64,000 nucleotides of DNA from Hemiscyllium ocellatum. Its lineage: Eukaryota. The notes below the pieces were generated by a model. It ran no database searches, was not told the origin of the DNA, and worked only from the letters and a program-made list of their open reading frames with translations. The stretch lies in assembly GCF_020745735.1 (NCBI RefSeq), contig NC_083435.1:6479201-6543200 (forward strand), in the 5' to 3' direction. The position numbers and the translations under genes are program-made. Below, in pieces: positions 1-11,079 of the stretch (positions are counted from its first letter, which is position 1; the number at the start of each line of letters is the position of its first letter).

Positions 1-489
1 GACCTGACCACCGTCAGGTACGCAAACCAGCAGCAGGAACTCCCCGACACCCCGGAGAGATTCAATCCTTCCCTCTGCGTGCTGGGCTCCCAAGGATTCC
101 TGTCCGGGAGGCATTACTGGGAGGTGGCCGTGGGAGAGAGCTCCGAGTGGGACGTGGGAGTGGTGAAGGAGTCCATCAACAGGAAGGGGGATATCACGGC
201 CATCCCGCAGGCCGGCTATTGGATCGTCTGGCTGAGGAACGGCAATGAATACAAGGCAGGCTCGGTGCCTCGCACCCCTCTGAGACCCAGCGCCAGGCCC
301 CGCAAAATCGGCGTCTACCTGGACTACGAGGGTGGCCAGGTTTCCTTCTACAATGCGGACGACATGTCCCACCTGCACACCTTCACTGACCTGTTCACCG
401 AGAAAGTTTACCCTTTCTTCAGCCCCTGCCTGAGCGGGCGCGGGGAGCGCTCCGAGCCGCTGAAAATCTGCCGCTCCAGGTTTCACTAG
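1..489 (+). CDS. TRIM/B30.2 family gene A, terminal PRY-SPRY exon (5' part outside window)
   Basis: Frame 1 is open from base 1: DLTTVRYANQQQELPDTPERFNPSLCVLGSQGFLSGRHYWEV...RKIGVYLDYEGGQVSFYN...YPFFSP...PLKICRSRFH, stop TAG at 487-489. Canonical B30.2 motifs; about 72% identical by hand count to the SPRY domain at 14483-15033. Confidence 0.95.
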   Translation, partial: DLTTVRYANQQQELPDTPERFNPSLCVLGSQGFLSGRHYWEVAVGESSEWDVGVVKESINRKGDITAIPQAGYWIVWLRNGNEYKAGSVPRTPLRPSARPRKIGVYLDYEGGQVSFYNADDMSHLHTFTDLFTEKVYPFFSPCLSGRGERSEPLKICRSRFH

Positions 490-1132
490 AGGCTGAACCG
501 CCGAGTCCCGATGGTTCCCGATGTTATTACTGCCCTTCCCTTCCCTTCAACCTTTCTCTCCCCCCCACCCCACAGCTCAGGCCTGGACCCGTTTTCGGGT
601 GAAACCCAGCACAGGGCAGGGGAATGTGTGTGGTACCACCCAGACCAGGCAGCGGGTGCCCCACCTGTCGGTGCTGCTTTGTCACCCGTCTCCCTCTGGC
701 TGTGTTGCTCCTGATGGTCTTGTCTGTTCCTCCCTCCTCCCCCCATCTGCTTCCCCGCGCCTTTTCTGAAGCAACTTTCCACAGTCCCTTTCTCCAAAGG
801 GGGCGCATGGCTTTAACATGGGACTGCAGCCAAAGTCACCTCGGCCTGATCTACACGTTACGCCTCTAACCCCTTTGGCATATGCTATTGGTATTAGTTC
901 CAACCGATATAACTACTCTGGTGATTCTTGGATTCCTAATTCCTTAAAATCCCCGTCTTCCTATTCAGGAAGCCAGCTCTTCCCAGTATTCTCCTGGCTT
1001 CTCTTCACCCAGCAGCATTCTCGCTCAGCCCCTCTTCTCAGTCCGACTGCTTGAGTCCAGAAAAAGAAAACAGCTCCCTTTTTTCTAAACTTGCGCCCAC
1101 ACCTCCACACTCACTTCCCTCCAAGGCCCCAA

Positions 1133-1775
1133 GGGATCCTTCCATATCCGCCACAAGTTCACCTGTACCTCCACACACATCATCTATTGCATCCGCTGCA
1201 CCTGATGTGGCCTCCTCTATATTGGTGAGACAGGCCGCTTACTTGTGGAACGCTTCAGAGAACACCTCTGGGCCGCCCGAACCAACCAACCCAACCACCC
1301 CGTGGCTCAACACTTTAACTCTCCCCCCCACTCCACCGAGGACATGCAGGTCCTTGGACTCCTCCACCGGCAGAACACAACTACACGACGGCTGGAGGAG
1401 GAGCGCCTCATCTTCCACCTGGGAACCCTCCAACCACAAGGTATGAATTCAGATTTCTCCAGTTTCCTCATTTCCCCTCCCCCCACCTTGTCTCAGTCGG
1501 TTCCCTCAACTCAGCACCGCCCTCCTAACCTGCAATCTTCTTCCTGACCTCTCCGCCCCCACCCCACTCCGGCCTATCACCCTCACCTTGACCTCCTTCC
1601 ACCTATCCCACCTCCATCGCCCCTCCCCCAAGTCCCTCCTCCCTACCTTTTATCTTAGCCTGCTTGGCTACTCTCTCTCATTCCTGATGAAGGGCTTATG
1701 CTCGAAACGTCGAATTCTCTATTCCTGAGATGCTGCCTGGCCTGCTGTGCTTTGACCAGCAACACATTTTCAACC
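1133..1775 (+). mobile_element. Penelope-like element 3' fragment (GIY-YIG endonuclease remnant plus terminal repeat)
   Basis: Translation FTCTSTHIIYCIRCT*CGLLYIGETGRLLVERFREHL...HPVAQHFNSPPHS...LEEERLIFHLGTLQPQGMN is a GIY-YIG-type PLE C-terminus with one in-frame stop. It is followed by the CTGATGAAGGGCTTATGCTCGAAACGTC terminal motif. Confidence 0.85.
1680..1715 (+). ncRNA. Minimal type I hammerhead ribozyme motif within the Penelope terminal repeat
   Basis: ATTC-CTGATGA-A-GGGC(TTAT)GCTC-GAAAC-GTC-GAAT: conserved core boxes, hairpin stem II, palindromic ACGT stem III, GUC cleavage triplet, 4-bp stem I. Activity not shown. Confidence 0.6.
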
Positions 1776-2778
1776 CTTTTTTTTCCTGTCTGTCAAAGCT
1801 TAAAACCTGGCTCTCAACTTTCCATCGGTGTTGGCCTGTGCTTCCTTCCCCGTGACAATGAAATCAATGTGACCAAGCAGAGTGTGGGGGTGATCAGCAA
1901 ATTTTCAAGATATGTTTGACCTCCAATTAAGGGGAACATTTTAAAACATAAACACTTGCAAAGTCTTAACATTTCTCCCACTCCCTCATCCCCTAAGCAT
2001 TAGCAAAATACATTATTGTTGTGTCGATTTTTCTTCAAAATTATAAAAATACAGCAAATGACAACGTTGTGAATATTTTAACAACCAGCTTATTACACAT
2101 ACATGTAACATTAACCTGATACTTGCTCACTCAAAAGATTGTTGTTTTTCATTCTTTATGTTTCCACATAAAATCTGAGAGATTCTGTATGTCCTGGCCC
2201 CTGGGATAGTATTTGTGATGGGCTGAAAGGTCTGAAAGTTTGTTTGGTTGGCTTAATTTTTTTGAGAATGTAATTGTTGAGTGTCAGCAAACCAGCTGGT
2301 GTTTGGATATTGGAGCCGTGAGCTGTGATTCAAGGGAAATCCCTTGTCGCAGTATTTCTCACACCTTACATTCAGCAACTCACAGTCTTCTTTAAGATGA
2401 GGCACTGAGTCATTACCAGGTTTATCACTTTTTAAAAGTGATTTTGAATCGGTCGGCCTGCTTTGTACAATTCAGTGAGCCTTTCTGGTTCCACAGGAGC
2501 CGGCCTTCATTCCATCATTAAAAATCGACATCATTACTGGACAAATGATGAGTTATGAGCAGGTCATACTCCTGATGGAATCATGTGCAATATTTTAAAA
2601 GGGATTCAAACCAAGAATTGGGAGCAGGAACACTGAAATCCTCCCTGGTTGCCGATTATGCTTTATTGTCTGTGGTAGAACCCTGAGCAGGAGGGCAAGG
2701 TCTGGATTTCTCCGCTAACCTTCACTTACCCTGAAGGGATAGTCAGAAACAGAGGGGTGAAAGCAGCAAACACAGACT

Positions 2779-5700
2779 CATAGGGTCAGAGAGATGTACA
2801 GCACAGAAACAGACCCTTCGGTCCAAATCGTCCATGCCGACCAGATATCCCAACCCAATCTAGTCCCACCTGCCAGCACCTGCCCATATTCCTCCAAACC
2901 TTTCCAGTTCATATACCCATCCAGATGCCTTTTAAATGTTGTAATTGTACCAGCCTTCACCACTTCCTCTGGCAGCTTATTCCATACATGTACCACCCTC
3001 TGCTTGAAAAAGTTGCCCCTTAGGTCTCTTTTATATCTTTCCCCTCTCATCCTAAACCTATTATCCCGGGGAGAAGACCTTATCTATTTATCCTATCATA
3101 GCCCTCATGATTTTATAAACCTCTATAAGGTCACCCCTCAGCCTCCAACGCTCCAGGTAAAACAGCCCTAGCCTATTCAATCTCTCCCTATAGCTCAAAT
3201 CCTCCAACCCTGGCAACACCTTGTAAATCTTTTCTGAACCCTTTCAAGTTTCACAACATTTTTCTGATAGGAAGGAGACCAGAATTGCACACAATATTCC
3301 AACAGTGGCCTAAACAATGTCCTGTACAACCGCAACATGACTTCCCAACTCCTGTACTCAATATTCTGACCAATAAAGGAAAGCATACCAAATGCCTTCT
3401 TCACTATCCTATCTACCTGTGACTCCACTTTCAAGGAACTATGAACCTGCACTCCAAGATCTCTTTGTTCAGCAACACTCCCCTGGACTTTACTATTAAT
3501 TGCATTAGTCCTGCTTAGATTTGCTCCATCTGCTACTCCTCAGCCCATTGGCTCACTTGATCAAAATCCTGAGGTAACCTTCATCACTGTCCACTATATC
3601 TCCAATGTTGGTGTCATCTGCAAACTTACTAACTATGTCTCTTAAGCTCACATCCAAATCATTTGCATAAATGATGAAAAGTAGAGGACCCAGCACTGAT
3701 CCTTGTGGCACTCCATTGGTCACAGGCCTCCAATTTGAAAAACAACCCTCCACCACCACCCTCTGTCTTCTATAGTTCTGTATCCAAATGGCTAGTTCTC
3801 CCTGTATTCCATGAGAGCTAACCTTGCTAAACGGTGTCCCAGGGGAACCTTGTCAAGCGCTTTACTGAAGTCCATACAGATCACATCTACTGCTCTGTCC
3901 TCATCAATCCTCTTTGTTACTTCTTCAAAAAACTCAGTCAAAATTGTGAGACATGATTTCCCACTCACAAAGCCATGTTGACTCTCCCTAATCAATCCCT
4001 GCCTTTCCAAATACATACATTCCTGTCTCTCAGGATTTCCTCCGACAATCTGCCCACCACCGACGGCACGCTCACCTATCTATAGTTCCCTGGCTCGTCC
4101 TTAGTGCCTTTCTTAAATATTGGCACCACATTAGCCAACCTCCAATCTTCTGGCACCTCACCTGTGACTATCAATGATACAAATACCTCAGCAAGAGGCC
4201 CAGCAATCACTTCCTTAGTTTCCAACAGAAGTCTAGGGTACACCTGGACAGATCCATGGGCTTTATTCACTTTTATGCATTTCAAGACATGCAGGACCAC
4301 CTCCTCTGTAATTTGAACTTGTTTCAAGATGTCACCCTCTATTTGTCTACATTCGATATCTTCCATGTCCTTCTCCACAATAAATACTGATGCGAAATAC
4401 TCATTTAGTATCTTCCCCATCTCCTGCAGCTCCACACAAAGGCCGCCTTGCTGATCTTTGAGGGGCCCTATTCTCTCCCGAGTTACACTTTTGTTCTTAT
4501 TGCATTTATAAAATACCTTTGGAGCTATCTCATGTCCCCTTTCTGTCCTCCTGATTTCCTCATTAAGTATACTCCTACTGCCTTTATACTTGTCTAAGAA
4601 TTCACTTGAGCTATCCTGTCTATCTCTGACATATGCTTCCTTCCTTTTCTTAACCAACCCCTCAATTTCTTTCATCATCCAGCATTCTCTATATCTTCCA
4701 GCCTTTCCTTTCACCTTAACAGAAATACACTATCTCTGCACTCTTGTTATCTCATTTCTGAAGGCTTCTCATTTTCCAGCCATCCCTTTACCTGTGAACA
4801 TTTGCCCCCAATCAGCTTTTGAAAGTTCTTGCCTAATACCATCAAAATTGGCCTTCTTCCAATTTAGAACTTCAACTTTTAGATCTTGTTTATCTTTTTC
4901 TATCACTACTTTAAAACTAATAGAATTATGGCTGCTGGCCCCAAAGTGCTCCCCCACTGACACCTCAGTCACCTGCCCTGCCATATTTCCCAAGAGTAGG
5001 TACATCCACATGTTGAATCAGACAATTTTCTTGTAAATGCTTAACAAATTCCTCTCCATCTAAACCCTTAACACTATGGCAGTCCCAGCCTATGTTTGGA
5101 AAGTTAAAATCGCCTACCATAACCACCCTATTATTCTTACAGATAACTGAGATCTCCTGACAAATTTGTTTCTCAATTTCCCTCTGACTATTAGGGGGTC
5201 TATAATACAATCCCAATAAGGTGACCATTCCTTTCTAATTTCTCAGTTCCACCCAACCAACTTCTCTGGATGTATTTCTGGGAATATCCTCCCTCAGCAC
5301 AGCTGTAATGCTACCCCTTATCAAAAACGCCACTCCCCCTCCTCTATTGCCTCCTTTTCTATCCTTCCTGAAGCATTTGTATCCTGGAACATTAAGCTGC
5401 CAGTCCTGGCCATACCTGAGCCATGTTTCTGTAATTGCTATGATATCCCAGTCCCATGTTTCTATAACCATGCCCTGAGTTCATCTGCCTTCCCTGTTAG
5501 CTCCCTTGCATTGAACTAAATGCAGTTTAATTTATCAGTGTAATCTTGTTCTTGCTTTGTCCCTGCCTGCCCTGACTGGTTGGCTTGCTTCTTTTCTCAA
5601 CTGAACCAGTCTCAGATTAATCTCTTTTCTCACCATCTTCCTGGGTCCCACCCACACCCCCCACACCCCCCACACTTCCACCTTACTAGTTTAAATCCTC

Positions 5701-7225
5701 CCGAGCAGCTCTAGCAAATCCCTCTCAGCATATTAGTCCCCTTCCAAGTTAGGTGCAATCTATCCTTCTTATACAGGTCACTTCTGCCCAGAAGAGATTC
5801 CAATGATCAAAAAATATGAATCCTTCTCCCGTACACCAGCTCCTCAGCCATGCATTCATCTGCTCTATCCTCCTATTCCTACTCTTACTAGCTTGCAGCA
5901 CTGGGAGTAATCCAGATATTACTACTCTCGAGAACCTTCTTTTTAAATTCCTGCCTAACTCTCTGTATTCTCCTTTCAGAATCTCAGCCTTTTCCCTTTA
6001 TGTCATTGATTCCAATGTGTGTAATCACCTCTTGCTGGGCCCTCTCCCCTGTGAGAACATTCTGCACCCTCTCTAAGACATCCTTGATCTTGGCACCAGG
6101 GAAGCAACACACCATTCTGATTTTTCGCTGCTGACCACTGAAACATCTGTCTGTACTTCGGACGCGAGAGTCCTCTAACACAATCGATCTCTTAGAATCC
6201 AACGTACCCCACATTGCATTAGAGCCTGTCTCAATACCAGAAACTTGGATGATCATGTTACATTCCCCTGGGAATCCATCACCCCCTACATTTTCCAAAA
6301 CAGCATACTTGTTTGAAATGGGGATAGCCACAGAAGACTCCTGCACTACCTGCCTACCTCTTTTACCTTTCCTAGAGTTAATCCATTTATGTGACTGTAT
6401 CTCTGACTTTTCTCCCTCCCTATAACTGCCATCCATCACACCGCCTTGCTCTTGTAAATTCCTCATTGCCTCTAACTGCCACTCCAATTGATCCATTCGA
6501 TCTGATAGGATTCGCAATTAATGGCATTTATTGCAGTTATAATCCCTCAGTAACACGTGAACTCTCCCTAAACTCCCACATCTGACAAGAAGGGCATATC
6601 ACTCTACTAAGGGCCACTTTTGCTTTTTCCAATCTGCAGACCCAGAAAACAGTCCCATCCTATTCCTCTGCAAAACGCTCCTCCAGGCTAACTTAATATG
6701 TATGACTTATATTTTTAAGTTCAATCAAGAGATATATCTCAATAAAACATATACTCAAGAAAGAACCCACTCTATTCACTACTGCAGACTTATAACAAGG
6801 CGCCAAGGCCACACTTAAATCTATCCATTTATCTGTCTCTGTGCTGTGACCTCTCCCATAGAGGTTCCTCCAAGATGAGTTGTGAATTTCACTGTTGGTT
6901 AATTTTCCCAGATGCTCTCCAACGTCCAGCGATACATGAATTCAAACAGCAAAGGCAGTAACTGCGCAGGTTCACTGCTGTGTCAGGTAGCAGTGTAGGT
7001 TTCTTTCTCTCTCTCTTTCCTGCACTGACCTCACCATGTGCTGTCTTTGTCTGTACCTCTCCCTTTTAACAGTGACGTTATTTTGACTTTTTCTTCTCCA
7101 AAGTTCCAAAACAATGCAACAGCATATAAAACAGCAATTGCTGCTCCTGGAATCACCTCCAACACCTAAACCACCTCAAAAAGGAGCAGCCTGTTACAGT
7201 CAGAAATTTTTCTCGTCCTCCATCT
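2779..7225 (-). mobile_element. Near full-length, degenerate CR1-type LINE (ORF1 esterase-like, APE endonuclease, RT)
   Basis: Minus-strand ORF pieces in the expected order: ORF1 (5984-6517, CFPGAKIKDV...THIGINDI), endonuclease (IIAITETWL, GGGVAFLI, VMVGDFNFP), RT ([34 protein letters not shown]), and a 3' end with [13 protein letters not shown]. Multiple frameshifts. Confidence 0.92.
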
Positions 7226-7799
7226 CATCACTGTGCTCCCGTTTGCCCATAAAATCCAGGCTGGGATTTTTCAGCCAGTAATTTACGGTCAATGATCATG
7301 TCATGCTCAGCTTTCCAATCTCTTCCCTGACCTTTAAACTTTGCCAAAAACAAGACCTCTACTGGTTGCTGCCTGCAGTGATATCATCTCATCTTGTTAG
7401 GAATATCACAAACGTATTATCATGGTGTAGAACCAGATGATGAGCCAGCACAGAAAGAGACCACAAGACAGGGAAGTAGGACCTAAGGTCAGGGCTTGGC
7501 CACAGAACCTACTGTTTCCATTCACTGCATGTATTTCTCCACATGTCCTGTTTTGTTGGGAGGTAGACTTTATCTCAAGAAGTTTGGGCATTTTTAGGGG
7601 ATTAAAGCACTTTATATCAATGCTTCTATATTTGATCATGACTTGTTCAGATCAGCAGGAACACAAGACTGCTGCAGGTCTGTGTGAATACAGAAACAGG
7701 CATTGGGAGCTAGCTATTCAGAGGAGAATTGGGCAAGTGATTCTCAATACCCATTTGCCTGATGGTTACAGTTCCATCAACATTCAGAAAAACTCAAAA

Positions 7800-8195
7800 C
7801 CATCAAGAACAAAGCTTTATTGACAGCCTACCCACCATCTTTAACATTCACTTTCTCAACTCTGACACTCAGTAGCAGCAGTGTGTACCATCTACAAGAT
7901 GCACAGTAACATCTCCTCCGTCAGCAAACTCACAACTATTTCCATCTAGATGGACAAAGGCACAGGTACATGGGGACACCCCTTTCTGCAAGTTCCCCTC
8001 CAAGCCACTCACCATGCTGACTTGGAAGTATATCGCTAGGTCAAAATCCTCGAATTACCTCGCTAACGGCATTGTGGGTCAGCCCACAGCATATGAATAC
8101 AATGGTTCAAGAAGGCAGCTCACCACCACCTTCACAAGGGCAACGAAGGACAGGCGATAAACGCTGGCCTAGGCAATGGTGTCCACATACCACAA
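7800..8195. mobile_element. Fragment of a common shark interspersed repeat (LINE-like); related copies near 19310-19620, 23620-24060, 33340-33790, 41370-41520, 47880-48065, 57480-57730
   Basis: Recurrent motifs (gcagtgtgtaccatctacaagatgcac; gcatttattgccca; ttcaagaaggcagctcaccaccacctt) occur in several copies and both orientations. Family assignment uncertain. Confidence 0.55.
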
Positions 8196-8403
8196 ATTAA
8201 TTAAAAGAAAACTGTTTTCCGCAAATCGAACTCCAAATACTGTTATACATTGAAGCTCATTTATGTTCAAATAAAATCATAATTTTGTCAATATTGAGTC
8301 AGCTTCATAATTTTGGATATACAATCCGAGGGATCATCAAATTTATTGCAAATTTAAAATGTTGTGGCAGATTAAGACAAAAACAATAATTTATATTTAA
8401 TGA

Positions 8404-8712
8404 GTGGCACAATGGCTCAGTGGTTAGCACTGCTGCCTCACAGCGCCAGAGACCTGTGTTCGATTCCACCTGGGGCAACTGTCTGTGTGGAGTTTGCATA
8501 CTCTCACCATGTCTGTGTGGGTTTCCTCCGGGTGCTCCGGTTTCCTCCCACTGTCCAGGATGTGCAGGTTAGATGAATTGGCCATGCTAAATTGCCCATA
8601 TTGTTAAGTGCATCATTCAGAGTGAAGTGGGTCTGGGTGCGTTACTCTTCAGAGGGTCGATGTAGACTTGTTGGGCCGAAGGGCCTGTTTCCACACTGTA
8701 TGGAATCTAGTC
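8404..8712 (+). mobile_element. HE1-like tRNA-derived V-SINE
   Basis: Head tggctcagtggttagcactgctgcctcacagcgccagagacc...ggttcgattcc (A/B boxes), central gtgtggagtttgca...gggtttcctccgggtgctccggtttcctccca domain, tail gggccgaagggcctgtttccacactgt. Confidence 0.85.
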
Positions 8713-11079
8713 ATATAGTGTCATTATCTCAGTAAAATAGATTTTATAGGAGTGTAAACACACAAAGGTTTACACTGAGCCAAAGGAGATGACATTACGA
8801 CATCCAACCAAAATCTTAGTCAACTCAAGTGATTTTTAAGTGAATCTTAAAAGAGTAGGTAATAGCAGGCAGGAGAGATTGCAGAGGCTGAGTCTCAGGT
8901 GGTTGGATACATGATGATGGATTAAATATGACTTGATACAATTTAGGATACAAGCAGCAGAGTTTTGGATTATCTCAAACTTATGGAGTGTGCAAGTTGG
9001 GAGGCTGAGCTGGAGTGTATAAGAGTAACATGTTCTGGAGATCAGGCAGACATTGAGGACAGCTTCAGCAGAGAAGGAGGTGAGCCAGGTCAGAGAATGG
9101 CCATAGGGAGTGGGTTGTTGTGTTACCGGACAAAATGAATGTTGACATCACTGCATAAAAACGTCAACAACTATCCCTCTCTCTCCGCCCATTACCATGG
9201 GAGTAAGTTCAATAACTTTTTTCATTCAAATTTTACAACTTCAGAACTCCCCTGGTGTAATAAATGTAAATTCACTATGAATTACTGGATGTTTCTTCTG
9301 CAAGTATGGCTTTCATTGTGGTGCGTAATATTATCTCAGAATTTTAATTAATATCTTCTGAAGGAAATACTGCAAGGAAACAGCTCATGCTTCACATTTT
9401 TCAGGGAGTTCAGCAAAATGTTTATTTGTAGCTTTGATTAAGGAAGACATAAACAGAGGCAGCAAAGATTGAAAGAAAAAGACAAAACAGATATGATACT
9501 CTGAGAAAACTCCAGGTCGGGTTTAAGGAAGTCTTGACATTGATGTTACAGTTTCTGCTTGGGTCCTTCTTAACGGAATAGGAAATGTGGAAAATAGGAA
9601 CCAAAACTTTTATTGGACCACCATATGGACTATCATTCCAACTGCGAGAATTAGTCAGTGCAGAAACAGGACATTCAGTGCATCATTACTGTGCCAACAC
9701 TTTGAGACCTCTGTCCCATTCCAATTGATATTTCACTCTGAAAATCATTCATCCCTGAAACTGCTGAAGCAGTAACTGTTTTGAATGTCCTTAGCTGCTG
9801 TTGTTGCTCTGGTGTATCATCTTTGGAAGAATTGGTGATGCTCAAATTAGCCAAAGAGACTAGAGTATGAGAAGGTGTGAGATGGGGTGGGCTGGATGCT
9901 TCTTATTCAGATCTGTGATTCTGGACTAAACAGATCAACAGATCCAAACCCTCCAAGTGATATCTGTCTCAGACTGAGGCTCATCAGGTATTTTGTATCC
10001 ATGTTTCTTCCTTGATGCTTCTCGTCATGAGGTTTTGACATCTTGTCTCTCTGAGGCTTTAAGAGAGACTGAGTCCACAACTGGAGCTGACGCTCCTGCC
10101 AATGTGATGTTGAGGGAACACTGAGTCTTGTTTGAATTCTCCCTTGTACTGGTACTCCAGTGGTCCCTGATGCTATTGAGTTTGTTAGCATGCAGTCAGC
10201 GTATGTCTTCCCACTGCATTGTGTCAAATTAGAATAGAATTGGACGACAGTGCAGTTCTGATGGAGTGCTGCATTGACGAGCACATTAGTTTCAGGTCTC
10301 ATGTGAAACTCAAAGCTTTGGACGATCGTGCAGAGCACGATTGGAATTTTAGCAGGAGTTATCACCCACCATCTTGGACAACATTTACTCTATTGTCCAA
10401 CCCTCTTAAATAAAAACTGCCACTATTTTGTTGGCGAATGTTGGGTCTTGCTGTGTTCAAACTGAGTGCCGAGTTTCCTATATTACATCAGTGACTGCCC
10501 GGAGGTGTGGCATTGACTTTAAATGTCAAGAAGTTGTGAAAAGGTGCCATTGGAGTGCAAGTCCTCCTCTTCTTTGTTGTGTATTTTCTGTCCAGCGACA
10601 AACTGGGAATGTCCTTACCAACCAATGGAAACTGGCAGCTCAGTGCCCGAGGGGCAGCACTAACTTCATTCTGATAGGTTAATAGAGCGAACCAATCACT
10701 GACAGCCGGAAGAACACTTTTTTGATTGGTTTGGTCCATTACCGAGAAACTGAATGAGAATGGGTTTGACCCGGATTCCCACAAGCAACTTGATATTCGG
10801 TTTTTCAAAATAAAGTGTTACCCAAGCGCTTTAAAGTGTATCACATTCTGTGGAGGGGTTTCTGGAATTTTGCTTTTAGTTTAGCTAAGGAAAATTTCGG
10901 AGTTGAGAGTGTTGTTGGAAAAGTACAGCAGGTTAGGCAGCATCCGAGGAGCAGGAAAATCGACGTTCAGATGCTGCCTGACCTGCTGTGCTTTTCCAGC
11001 AACACACCGTCAATTCTGACCTCCAGCATCTGCAGACCTCACTGTCTCCCTGAGGAAGATTTCGGTCCATCTTTCCATC

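Noticed and set aside
8404-8480. tRNA gene
   Set aside because: A/B boxes are the tRNA-derived head of a SINE, continuing into the V-SINE central domain; no complete cloverleaf.
9907-10413. 152-aa and 64-aa ORFs in unique sequence
   Set aside because: No domain or motif recognised; length compatible with chance.
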